The notes beneath the pieces are model-generated. The model was not told where the DNA came from. It made no database searches and saw only the letters and a program-made list of their open reading frames with translations. Positions 25,049-37,661 of a stretch of 64,000 nucleotides of DNA are shown here, one piece after another. The stretch is taken from positions 31,930,001 through 31,994,000 of the forward strand of contig OX597834.1 of the NCBI GenBank assembly GCA_951406725.2, given 5' to 3'. The position numbers and the translations under genes are program-made. Origin of the DNA: Octopus vulgaris (Eukaryota). Positions within the stretch are counted from its first letter, which is position 1. Every line of letters starts with the position of its first letter.

Positions 25049-26435
25049 TCCTTTCTACTGGGAACACAAGGCCTCAAATTTGGAGGAAGGATTAAGTCGA
25101 TTACATCAACCTCAGTGTGTAACTGGTACTTATTTAATCAACCCCAAAAAGATGAAAGGCAAAGTTGACCTCAGTGGAATTTGAACTCAGAATGTAGTGG
25201 CAGACGAAATACCATTAAGCATTTCACCCAGTATGCTAACGATTGTGCCAACTCACTGCCTTAATAATAATAATAATAATAATCTTTTCTATTATAGGGA
25301 AATTTGGGGGAGGGGGATAATCGATTGCATCGACCCCAGTGTGTAACTGGTGCTCAATTTTTCGACCTTGAAAGGACAAAAGGCAAAGTTGACCTCAGAG
25401 GAATTTGAACTCAGAACGTAGTGATGGGCAAAATACCGCTAAGAATTTCATCCAGTACGCTTAAGATTCTGCCAGTTTGCTGCCTTAGTAAATAGTAATA
25501 ATAATAATAATAATAATAACAATAATAATAAGGAGAACAATAACAAAAATAATTAATGACCACTTTACCCTGTTCATTCTATTTACCGATTCCATGATGC
25601 ATGTTGTCAGCAGCTGACTTTTTGACCAACACTGATGTTCTTTAATGGAAAAGACGACTCTGATAGTGTTGGTGGTGGTGGTGGTGGTGATGGGTATGGG
25701 GAGTGGGCTTCAAAAGCTCTCCCTACCTCCCTCCTTCTCTCTCTCCCTCTATCAAGATATTTGCATCGTGTGAAAAGACTGTCTATGGAAACGTTAACCG
25801 AAGTTGCCTGGATATGCACTTTTCAGCTGCTTATAGATTGGGTGAAGACATTGTTGGGGGAGGGCAGGTGTGTGCCAGAGGAATCTTGTTCATGGGGGCG
25901 TCAGTGTTTGAAGGGTTCTTTTGGGAGTGGTAGGTGTGTGTGTGAGAGAGAGAGAGAGAGAAAGCTTAGGTGTGTGCATGTGGTATGTGTGGTGGTTGTA
26001 TGTATATATGTGTGTAGTAGATGTGTGGGTGATGGTGGTGGTAGTTGTGTATGTGTGATTGTGTGACTGTGTCATTGTATGCTTATGTGATTGTATGTAT
26101 ACTCTTTACTCTACTCTTTTACTTGTTTCAGTCATTTGACTGCGGCCATGCTGGAGCACCGCCTTTAATCGAGCAACTCGACCCTGGAACTTATTCTTTT
26201 GTAAGCCCAGTACTTATTGTATTGGTCTCTTTTGCCGAACCGCTAAGTAACAGGGAGTATGTCATTATGAAATTATGCATGTGCTTGCTTTAAATAGCCA
26301 GTATATGTAGTAATAAACGCACGAACATGCATCATTTCATTGACAGAATCAGATATAAACAGATACTTACTCACATTTGTTTGTGTGTGTTTGTGTTTCT
26401 GTGAGTGTGTGTGTGTGTGTGAGTGTGTGTGTGTG

Positions 26436-26501
<66 letters not shown>

Positions 26502-26656
26502 GAGACCTAGACTTGCCATTATCTTGCTAATTGTGAAAATAACATCGTCATACAAGTGGTGTTGATTGTTTGCAAACATCTGTGGAACAAAGTCTGGAAG
26601 TTTGTGTGAGGTTACACACACTCATATATATACATACATACATACATACATATATA

Positions 26657-27483
26657 CATAGGGTGTGATTGGTAAATTGTCGCCATTTTATATTTTTAAT
26701 TTCACGAATGAGCATGGTTTGCTTTTGATTTTGTCAGCTACACAGTATGGTAGGGTCGGTTGGGCACTGCCTGTGAGAAAACCAGTACGTGACACAATTC
26801 ACTCTACCAGAAATTTGGAAACAACATGCTGTACTGCTGAGCATTCATGCTGAAAGCTCCAATATGAACATTTCAGAGTATTCACTTGTCAATCTGAGGA
26901 CTTGTACTGGGAGTGATAAAAATCAAACATCCAGTCAACATCATGGTGTTTGGAGTGATCATTAGTGATGGTGACGTTATGCCTCTATTCATCTTTCCAC
27001 ACAGCCTCAGACTCAACACAGAAGCCTACATCAAGTGCCTGGAGGAGGTAGTGCTGCCCTGGGTGAAGAGGGTAGCTGCTGGAAGACCCTATGTCTGGCA
27101 ACAGGACACTGCGCCATGCCACAGAAGAAGCCAGTCATGGCTGTCAGACAATTTCTGAAAACACATTACCCCTAACATCTGGCCACCTAACTCCCCAGAC
27201 TGCAACCCCTTTGATTATTATGTGTGGGGCGCAATTGAGTGAGAGACCAACAAAACTCCTTGTAACACCAAAGATGAATTGAAGGCAAAGATCATGGTAG
27301 CATTCACCGATTTAAACAAGGAGACCATGCAGAAGAGTTGCCGGAAATTCCGAATTTGTCTGGAGGCCGTGGTTGAAGCCAATGTTGATTTTATTGAATA
27401 AATTTACTCTTTAGTATTTCAAGATATTTTTATGTAATTTTGGCAAATATATTTGTTAAAATGAGATGTCAGTGTTATTTTCC
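26657..27483 (+). mobile_element. maT/mori (DD37D) Tc1-mariner internally deleted copy A
   Basis: Left TIR CATAGGGTGTGATTGGTAAATTGTCG after TA. Translation HPVNIMVFGVI...YVWQQDTAPCH...WPPNSPDCNPFDYYVWG...EAVVEANVDFIE*. The right TIR is missing. Confidence 0.85.
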
Positions 27484-28587
27484 TTTCTGCCTCCTTCTCT
27501 TCCTTTTGCCCCGCCGTCTCCTTCATTTGTGTATATTTTCACACACCACCTCAAATTACAATATATTTTGCCTTTACTATGAAACTGGGCAAGCCAAACC
27601 AAGGGATATAACTCTGGAAGCCGTTGCGCTTGATCTGTTTCCACTCAAGCATATTTCTCCTTTGTTTCCGTTCCGGTTGGGCTGAATCCATGGAGTCTGT
27701 AGTTGCCTTCAGATTAATCGCTATAGTGTTTCAGGTAATTATGCTAGAGCGTTGTTTAATCATGCTTTCTGCTTAGATAAGCATGATTTCACCTGAAACC
27801 AGTAACTTTATGTTGCTGATAGCATCTTTTGTTCTTTGGGTGGAATCTGACGTAATGAAATTAGAAGACCAGCGAGAAGAAACGAAGAATGAATTAATCC
27901 TTGCAAATAAAGATTGCAAATAAGATCAAATCAAAGAAATAGAACAATTGCTCAGAGGTGAAAGACTATTCAAAACCATTAGAATGAGATTTACAGAAGA
28001 TAAGGAAATTATTTGCAATGGTGATGTTTGAAATTCCTACAATCGTCTGATTTCCGTTTGTGATGCAGTGGCAACTCGCAACAGATTGAAATTGAGGGCC
28101 CATAAATGCGAGAACAAAGTTTGCTAGGAGGGTTCAAACCCAGGTCCAGAATATTCTACAAACAAGATCGATTTTTTGTCAGTTTTAATATCGTAATAAA
28201 AAAAACACAGATATAATAATAATGATTATATTTGTACATCGATGAGATCAGATAAATCCAATAATAGTAAAATAATGTTTCAAACCAGTCCAAAAACCTT
28301 TCTAGGGTCATTCTTTTTCAGGAGGATATTCAGTGCTTTCATTGCAATTTTAGTGGGTACTTTTACACCCCCACCTCTTGAGCTGTTGTGGAAGCCTGGT
28401 GGCCTGAATGTTGGAGGCTGTTAGCAATTGCTTTAAATACTGTCAGGATTAAACTTGTGATAGAAGACTCTCAAGCATACTTGTTTGTTGTTTTCTCATC
28501 TGTCTGCACTCTTTGTTTTGTTTTGTTTTGTTTTTCAATTTTGCACAGTTTTGAACCATATAGGAGTGTGTGTGTATACATGTATAC

Positions 28588-28619
<32 letters not shown>

Positions 28620-28631
28620 GGAGAGAGAGAT

Positions 28632-28670
<39 letters not shown>

Positions 28671-29268
28671 GATAGATATAAGTGTGTATGTGTGCATATA
28701 CACAGAGATAGACACACTGATAGATAGGTGTGTGCAAAATATATCTGAGTGTGTGTATGTGTGTATGTGTGTATTCACACGCATACACATAAGACTCTTA
28801 CAGTTCCAGGAGATCAAACTGATTGCAAGAAACAAAATGAAGAAAGACACAAACATTGCAAATACATAAACATCTAAAGACAAGGTGAATGATCTGGAAA
28901 TTTATAATCTTAAGAAATAAAACCAGCAAATATCAAACATTTAACAATGGCCTATGTTTATTTTAAATGTCCAAAGAGACTTTTTCAGATGATATTGTTT
29001 TCTCTTTTATAATTCTTTTTATTTTATATATTGCCTTTTTTTTTTTTGCTTGATATAGAAACTGGCTTTAATTTATTTCTTTTTTTTTTTTTTTTTTTTT
29101 TTCATTTTGTGTTAAGAGTCTTGCTTTCCAACCACATCGTTTTGGTTTCAATTCCACTGCATTGCACCTCCTTGGGACAGCCTCTTCTGCTATAACCCTG
29201 GTGAGGTGGTGGTGGTAATGACTAATGTCTTGTCAGGGATTTGGTAGATGGAAAGGTTCTGGAAGTGC

Positions 29269-29320
<52 letters not shown>

Positions 29321-29360
29321 TGTAATATATATATATATGTGTGTGTGTGTAGTGTGTGTA

Positions 29361-29385
<25 letters not shown>

Positions 29386-29393
<8 letters not shown>

Positions 29394-30344
29394 GTAACTA
29401 AACTGTCGTTTAAATTATGCAAAAATGAAAATAACATTGATATCTCATTTTAATAGATGTATTTACCAACATTCTATACAGATATCTTGAAATACTAAAG
29501 AGTAAATTTATTCAATAAAATCAACATTGGCTACAACCACAGACGGCTCTGGAATCTCCTGCAACTCTTCTGGATGGTCTCCTTGTTTACGTTGGTGAAT
29601 GCTGCCATAATCCTTGCCTTCAGCTCATTTTTGGTGTTACAAGGAGTTTTGTTGCTCTCTCACTCAACTGCGCTACGCACATGATAATCAAGGGGGTTGC
29701 AGTCTAGGGAGTTAGGTGGCCCAATGTTAGGGGTGATGTGGTTTCAGAAACTGTCTGACAGTCATGACTGGGTTCTCCTGCTCGTGTGGCATGGCACAGT
29801 GTCCTGTTGCCTGACATAGGGCCTTCCCAGTAGCCACCCTCTTCACCCAGAGCAGCACTACCTCCTCCAGGCACTTGATGTAGGCTTCTGTGTTGAGTGT
29901 GGGGCCGTGAATAGACGCATAACGTTGCCATCACTAGTGATCACCCCAAACACCATGATGTTGACTGGATGTTTGATTTTTATCACTCTCAGTACATGTC
30001 CTCACACTGACACCCAAACACTCTGAAATGATCATATTGGAGCTTTCAGCATGAATACCCGGCAGCACAGCATGTTGTTTCCAAATTTCTGGCAGAGTGA
30101 ATTGTGTCATGGTGCTGTTTTTCTCACAGACGGTGCCCCTCTGACCCTACAATACTGTGTAGTCGACAAAACCAAAAACAATGTGGAGATGCGAAATTAA
30201 AAATATAAAATGACAACAATTGGTGCAGCCTTCTGGCTTCCCAGGCCCCAGTTGAACTGTCCAACACATGCTAGCATGGAAAGCGGACGCTAAATGATGA
30301 TGACGATGATGATGAAAATGACAATTTATCCATCGCACCTTGTG
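29386..30344 (-). mobile_element. maT/mori (DD37D) internally deleted copy B
   Basis: Homologous to copy A, with 37 codons between QQD and NPLD. Both TIRs are recognisable, and the 5' TIR is split by a SINE fragment (~30222-30314). Confidence 0.85.
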
Positions 30345-31340
30345 TGTGTATGTGTGTGCGCGCACTCACATGCATTCATGTGTGTGTATGTATTATCATC
30401 ATCAACATTTAATGTCCATTTTCCATGCTGGCACAGGTAGGATAGCTTGATAGGAACTAGCAAAGCCAGGGACCACGCCAGGTTCCACTGTCTGCTTTGG
30501 CATGGTTTCTATCGCCAACCATCCCACAGAGTGGACTGAGAGTTTTTTACATAGCACAACCACCAGGGCCTTTTACATGGCACCATCACCCACACCATGG
30601 CATTTTATGTTGCACCTTAACAATTTACACACACACACACATACTTAGAAGTTCGTTATGGCTGGTCAGAGAGTGAGCATTAGTTTCACACCTAAAAAGC
30701 TCTTAGCTGTATACGCGCCACATCAGACTCAAATGGCCAGAGGCACATAACCTCTCTACAATTGGAGGGACAAAAACATCATGGTCATTTAATTTGGCAA
30801 ACAAAACGTTACTGAAATGAAACCTTACAGATAAGCTTTCAGGTAGGGTGGAGTTATCCCCCTTACATCGGTTTCAGTTGGCGACATGTTCCTACTCGAC
30901 AGATTATATAGTAATACTTGCATGTCTGCCAAGCTTGTGCTTTGAGTCTGTGCATCATTAGACCAAAGTGAATGGAATCTTGGCTAGGAGGAATTGATGT
31001 CATTAGAAGGTATCCAATGTACATCGGGTGTTTCGACACTGAACCGTAACATATATGCATATAATCAAAATTATATATGCATATAATCAAAATTAATACA
31101 TTCAATCAAAATTTACATTTCCAGTGGCCTAACGTGCAAAAAAAAATTAGTCAAGAAGACTATATATTAGTCATACAATATAGTGTATATTTATACACAT
31201 AAGGAATCCACTTAAAGTGAATTCAACACATTAGAAAGAACAGCTAGGTTCTGTAAGCCACAAAAATAACGAATAAAATTCGATAGGAATAAATTTGGAA
31301 ATGAAAACATATATATGCATATATATATATGCACATATAT

Positions 31341-31396
<56 letters not shown>

Positions 31397-31635
31397 CACA
31401 CACACATGTAAATTAACGGAATTCAGTTGACTCATACCATACATTTCACAGTTATCCCAGTGGAGTTAGGATGATGACTCAGTTATTTTAATTGGTGAAA
31501 GTGTCATCAGCTATCTATATGCCACACCACATGTGTGTGTGTGTGTGTGTGTGTGCATGTCCATGCATGTGTGTGTTTGCATGAGTGTTTACATCTTATA
31601 CTGAGAAATCACTAAAACTCCATTGCTTGTATATA

Positions 31636-32142
31636 TCTATATATATAAAACTCTAGTTGTGTGAGTGTCTGTCCCCTTCGATTTAGATTCCTAACTCCTC
31701 CCACATTTTGCGGTGCAGTTTAACCAAATTCGGGTATCTTATAGTCGTGATTCATATCGAGCCCGTCTGACTATTAGCGCGCGTCAACGTTGATTCTACG
31801 ATTTTAAAAATAATTTAACATCATTTTTTATTCCATTTTAATGCATAAAATGCATCGTGTGCCGATGGCGGCGGAGTTGGCGTCCACGCTCACAGCTGCA
31901 CCTGTTTGCTTCTCCCCCTTCCCTCCCTCGTGAAGTTGTGGGGAAGGGAGTGTAAAGAAATCAACGTCGTAAAGCGTTGTGAAGGAAACCAGCGTTCTTT
32001 TAGTACAACGACTTCATGGCTTGAAGACACCAAAAATAAAAATGGCTAAGAAAGCCCGAATTTATAAGGGAAGTAACTCTCTAAAAATGCTTATATAGTT
32101 ATTTCCCTTACAAACCCGAGCAACGCCGGGCGATACTGCTAG
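31636..32142 (+). mobile_element. Non-autonomous Helitron copy 1
   Basis: 5' TC, 3' hairpin CCCGAGCAACGCCGGG (32115-32130) then CTAG, inserted between A and T, with no TSD. Confidence 0.9.
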
Positions 32143-32335
32143 TATATATATATATCAGGAGATTCTCATACAAAGTGCACAGAATGTAAACATCGACACT
32201 CACACACATATAGCACATACAAACAGCCCCAGCATGGTCGTAGTCCAATGACTGAAACAAGTAAAAGATATAATCGTCTACGATTGACAGCCAACAATAG
32301 AAGACATTAGGAAGCTGAATTACTGAACACTTAAA

Positions 32336-32843
32336 TCTATATATATAAAACTGTAGTTGTGTGAGTGTCTGTCCCCTTCGATTTAGATTCCTAACTACTC
32401 CCACATTTTGCGGTGCAGTTTAACCAAATTCGGGTATCTTATAGTCGTGATTCATATCGAGCCCGTCTGGCTATTAGTGCGCGTCTACGATGAGTCTACG
32501 ATTTAAAAAATAATTTAACATAATTTTTTATTCCATTTTAATGCATAATATTTCGTGTGCCGATGGCGGCGGAGTTGGCGTCCACGCTCAAACACCTGCA
32601 CCTGTGTTTGCTTCTCCCCTCCCTCGTGAAGCTGTGGGGAAGGGAGTTTAAGGAAATCAACGTCGTAAAGCGTTGTCAAGGAGACCAGCGTTCTTTTAGA
32701 ACAACGACTTCATGGCTTGAAGACACCAAAACAGAAATGGCTAAGAAAGCCCGAATTGGCATCTATAAGGGAAGTAACTCTCTAAAAATGCTTATATAGT
32801 TATTTCCCCGACAAATCCGAGCAACGCCGGGCGATACTGCTAG
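32336..32843 (+). mobile_element. Non-autonomous Helitron copy 2
   Basis: Same termini (A|TC ... CTAG|T) and sequence family as copy 1, differing by scattered substitutions and indels. Confidence 0.9.
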
Positions 32844-32975
32844 TTCGTAATAAAAATCTACCCTGAACTCCAGATCTAGGTAAGGGAGGTAAATCTTCTT
32901 GACTCTGGCCATATTGGCGAACCAGCGTCTTCCCATATAAAGCGTGTGTTTAACTGCGATATTTTCAGACATATT

Positions 32976-33396
32976 CTCTTTACTCTCTCTTTTATTTGTT
33001 TCAGTCGTTTGACTGCGGCCATGCTGGAGCATCGCCTTTAATTGAGCAACTCGACCCCGGGACTTATTCTGTTGTAAGCCCAGTACTTATTCTATCGGTC
33101 TCTTTGGCAGAACCGCTAAGTGACGGGAACATAAACACACCAGCATCGGTTGTCAAGCAATGCTAGGGGGACAAACACAGACACACAAACATACACGCAC
33201 ACGCATATATATATATATATATACATATATACGACGGGCTTCTTTTCAGTTTCCGTCTACAAAATCCACTCACAAGGCTTTGGTCGGCCCGAGGCTATCG
33301 TAAAAGACACTTGCCCAAGGTGCCACGTAGTGGGACTGAACCCGGAACCATGTGGTTGGTAAGCAAGCTACTTACCACACAGTCACTCCTGCGCCT
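32976..33396 (-). mobile_element. tRNA-derived SINE, full length
   Basis: Same family as 4118-4532. Confidence 0.85.
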
Positions 33397-33519
33397 ATAT
33401 ATTCAAAACAGGAGAAAGATCTAGTTTTAAATTTTCTATTAAGATTTTTTTACAGCTTACTGGATGGGGTCTTGGTAGTTTGCTAGGGACAGTGGAATTC
33501 CCAAATCCATCATCAAACA

Positions 33520-35080
33520 TCATCATCAAATAAGCGCAACTATGCCTCCCCTGGTCTCGATGGAGTTACATACCTGCTTCTCAAACGTGGCAGGCACTTC
33601 CTTTTACACCAGCTTTCTATTTTCTTCCAGTACTGTCTCAACAATGGTGCTACTCCGGAGCAGTGGAAAACTGCCAGTGTCATTCCTCTGTTCAAAAAGG
33701 GTGACCGCACATCACCTGTCAACTATCGCCCAGTCAGTCTCACTAGCTGTATTGCAAAACTGATGGAATCGTGTGTCAGAGAAACACTCTGGAACTTCTG
33801 GAGCTCTCACAGTCTCATCCGACCCTCACAATATGGATTTGTCCCTAACTCCAGCTGCAGTGACCAGCTTGTCGAGTTCCTTGAGGACATTACTCAGATC
33901 ACTGACAGTGGCTCATGGGTGGATGTTGTCTACCTTGACTTTGCTAAGGCTTTCAACTCTGTGCCACACAAAAGGCTTATGGTGAAACTCTCTGCAATGG
34001 CTGTGGGGGATGACCTTTTTAACTGGTTGAAATCCTTCATCCTCAGCCGAAAGGAGGTAGTCACAGTTCTAGGACAGCACTCTACACCATATGAGATGTC
34101 ATCAGGTGTACCACAGGGATCTGTCCTTGGTCCCCTCCTGTTTGTGGCATACATTAATGACATAGATGCCAATTTAAAGAATGCCACAGTATTGAAATAT
34201 GCAGACGACATCAAGCTGTACCTTGAAATCAAGAGGACTGATCCTGATGTCTACAACTCTTTCCTGCAATCAGACCTAGACACAATGCAGCAATGGATCA
34301 CAGACTGGCAACTGAAACTGGCTGTGGACAAGTGTACCACCATGCATTTTGGGAGAAAAAACCCTGCGTCCACATACTCCCTCCACAACACTGATATCAA
34401 GAAATCCTCTTGCGAGCGTGACCTAGGCATCACTGTCAGCAGTGATTTGCGTTGGACAAAGCATATCTCTAAAATTGTCAAGAAGGCCGAGGGTGTCTTG
34501 GCATCACTCAGCAAGACTTTTGTTAGCCGCTCTCCAGCCATCTATTTAAAACTGTATACAGCTATGGTACGACCACACTTGGAATTCGCATCATCAGTTT
34601 GGAATCCCTATCTTGCTCAGAACATTGACCTCCTGGAATCTGTCCAGAGACGTGCAACCAAACGCATACCCTCCATCAGACACCTACCATATTCTGAGCG
34701 CCTTGTTTCCCTGGGCATGGATTCACTGAAGCTCCGGCGTCTGGCGACGGACTTGGTAAACACCCACAAGGTTATCAACCACCTCACCAACAACAACACT
34801 GAACACCTTTTTGATCTCCATGTGTCTAACACACGTGGACATGCCTACAAAGTCAGAAAACAGCACAGCTCCCATGACTTTCGGAAACATTTTTTCACGC
34901 TCAGGGTTGCTGAAGCGTGGAATAAACTGCCTGCATCAGTTGTTGACTGCCATGACACTGCATCCTTTAAGGCCCTCATGCTTCCCGAAATCCGTCGAAA
35001 CTACACCTGATTATATATACACTTTAGATGAGTTGTAGTGCACCTGAGCACTGTACACAATTATTATTATTATTATTATT
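33520..35080 (+). mobile_element. CR1-type LINE, 5'-truncated, with an uninterrupted reverse transcriptase domain and (TTA)n tail
   Basis: Frame is open from 33487 to the stop at 35010: SPGLDG, WKTASVIPLFKKG, NYRPVSLTS, QYGF, YLDFAKAF, GVPQGSVLGPLLF, YADD, RDLG, RPHLEF, TRGH. Short 3' UTR, then (TTA)n at 35061-35080. No endonuclease domain. Confidence 0.93.
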
Positions 35081-36835
35081 TCTGGACTTTCAGGAGTTTC
35101 ATCTTAGGGATTAGAAATGTTATTGGCATGTATAAATAACTGCATCTTTTATAGAGGGCATATGTGATTTGTTTGGAATTTATCTCTGAATTCTGAATTT
35201 TGATCCTTCAAATTCAATTAATATTACGTGGGAAGGGGTTAAGATAGAGATCTATTATAAGTTTGCAAGTGAGAGGAAAACCTATCCTGAACAATGCCAG
35301 ATAAGGGAGGTAACTCTTGTTGACTCCGTGGCCAAGATGCAATTTAAAAGAACAGAAAATATGCCTCTATTACTTACTTCCTACTCGTGTGACAAATAAT
35401 AGGTGAAATGTTACTCTGGTTTGGTAGAATAGTTCGTAAGTTCATATTCTATCACGGGGTAGTGATGTCCTCGCTGAAATGTTGGCGCTAATGACAATTG
35501 CAAATCAAGTAAAACAATAAAAACAAATGTCTAATCATCTTATTTATGCAAGATACATTTTCAGAATGAGTCAGAAAACATCATCAGTAACGTGTGATCT
35601 TCAGGTCTTTCAACACAAAACAACCTCACCCACGTGAACTCGCCAGGGTTAATCAAACACCAACTTGCATCCTAGCAAGCTACAATCTATGGATCCAAAG
35701 CCACCTTGTGGTTGTCTCTGCAGCTTCTTCAAACCTTCTACAAATGCTTAAATGTATTAATTTCCTAATTGTTATTTTGTTTTTAAAAATTTCTCCTTTG
35801 ATTTATTGACAAAGAGCTTCTTGCTTAAAATATCAATACAAATTTCTTTTTCTTCTCAATATATTACACTTTTGTTTTCTATTCTTCTTATCATATTGTT
35901 ACTTAAATGCTTTGTCGATAATATTTCGGGTTTTAAAGTCTATCATCTTTGGTCAAAAGCCTTCTGGGAGAGATATAGCAGATGAAAACTGAAAGAAGTC
36001 CATCATGTGTGTGTACTTGTGACTTCTTGTCTTGACATCACATGATGGTTGTAAATGAGTGTCACTGTTATACAAGTGTCATTCATTTCCAATATTCTGC
36101 AAGAACATATCCACTGGCTTTGGAGAAATATTACTTTGCTTGCAAACAGGGGAAGATTGGTGACAGGAAGGGCATCCAGACATAGAAAATTTACCTTAGC
36201 AAACTCCATCCAACCCATGAAAGCATGGAAAAGTGGATGTTAAAATGATTTCAAATTGAATCAAGTCTTGCCTGGGGTTAAACAACAGCATCCCATCCTT
36301 CCTTTTGGTTTTATACAGTTAGGACTACTTCATCCAATTGAATCTCCAAGTTTTAACCTTTTCACATTGAAACAGGCCATCTCTGGCCCCAAAGATTCTG
36401 TTATATGTTCAAACCAGCTAAATACAGCATCTCATGTGTATGCTAAAATGTCATTCTAAAAATAAACAATCCCATCATTGAAATTATGAAGCTATGAGAT
36501 AATGCCTGATTAATTCATAACAATATGTGGAATTAACAGAATCACAAGTGTTTAGTTCAGAAACTGAAAATTTTTATCCACAACTAGTTTTTTTTTTTTA
36601 ACAATGGAAATCTCATCTAAAAATGCCTTAGTAAATTAACTTTAGCCCTTTAACATTTGAACTGGTCAGATCCTGTCCAAATATTGTTTTGTGTTCAAAT
36701 TGGCATAAAACAATGTGAGTAAATAAGGATTGCATTCGACAGAGCTAAGACTGCAAGAATGAGTCATAAATAAGAAACAGTGGAAGAGAAGACGCAAAGT
36801 AAAATAATGATTTTAAAAATGTATTATCTTTGCAG

Positions 36836-36935
36836 AGGACCCCATCCAAAGGATTCAGCCAGTGTGATTGAAGTCCGAGCCAAAGAAGAAGAAATGATTA
36901 AGAAATGGGTAGCAGCCAAAAAAATGCAAAACTGA
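36836..36935 (+). CDS. DPP7: Terminal exon of an S28-family serine peptidase (DPP7/dipeptidyl peptidase 2-like)
   Basis: Acceptor tatctttgcag, then phase-2 frame (R)GPHPKDSASVIEVRAKEEEMIKKWVAAKKMQN*. This resembles the recalled human DPP7 C-terminus [30 protein letters not shown]. An AT-rich 3' UTR follows, with AATAAA at 37710. No upstream exons were found in the window. Confidence 0.6.
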
Positions 36936-37630
36936 ATGGTTTTACAGTCATTCGGCAGAGAAATTATTTTTTCTAAAAAAAATGTCATTTAAACATAATC
37001 AGAAAAATCTACTTTTTTTTTACCAGTTTTAAACATCTACAAATTCTAATTCATTTTCATTTCTTCCAATCAATTTTAAACTTGTAAAAGATTCTAATTG
37101 ATTTTTTTCCTTCTATAAAATTTTAATTTTGATACATATCTGCTGCGCTTCTTTTATTTGAAATATTTTCTTCTTTCTCTTTTAAGTACAAGGCTTGATA
37201 TGTTAAGGTGGGGACTAGCTGAATATATTGATTCCAGCGCTCATCTGCTACTTATTTTATTGACCGCGAGAAATCTGCAGTTACTCTATCCAAATTACAA
37301 GTTCAGGTTTCATCATCATCATCATCATCTGTAGTTATTGGGGACCTGGGATATGTAACACACTGCCTAATTACCAATCTTGAGAAATTAGGGTTCTCAA
37401 AACCCGAAAGGAGAAAGCTAATTCGAAGACTAAAGATCCAATCCATCACCAGAACTGTAAAAATCTGTAAAACTTTCCGAAAGTTTATCATTTAAATATA
37501 TATGAGCATGTCTAGATATGCAAGGATATGCATGAGAATACTTAAATAAAACATACAAATCTGCACATACACACATACATATGTACATACATACATACAA
37601 ACATACATACAGATACATGCATACACTCAC

Positions 37631-37661
<31 letters not shown>

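Noticed and set aside
25755-25845. Possible plus-strand exon after a CT-rich tract
   Set aside because: The AAG acceptor and GTGAAG donor are weak, and neither open frame resembles DPP7 or any protein I recognise.
27840-28125. Coding-like frame (MKLEDQREETKNELIL...IEQLLRGERLFKTIR) between the maT copies
   Set aside because: It is interrupted by stops and I recognise no family, which is too little to call a pseudogene.
28285-28425. Minus-strand open frame PPTFRPPGFHNSSRGGGVKVPTKIAMKALNILLKKNDPRK
   Set aside because: There is no polypyrimidine tract, the donor is weak, I recognise no homologue, and there are no partner exons.
33455-33530. Acceptor-like tttttacag followed by LTGWGLGSLLGTVEFPNPSSNII, resembling DPP7 SNIIFSNG
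   Set aside because: The sequence beyond the LINE does not supply FSNGxxDPW and stops quickly, so the match is probably chance.
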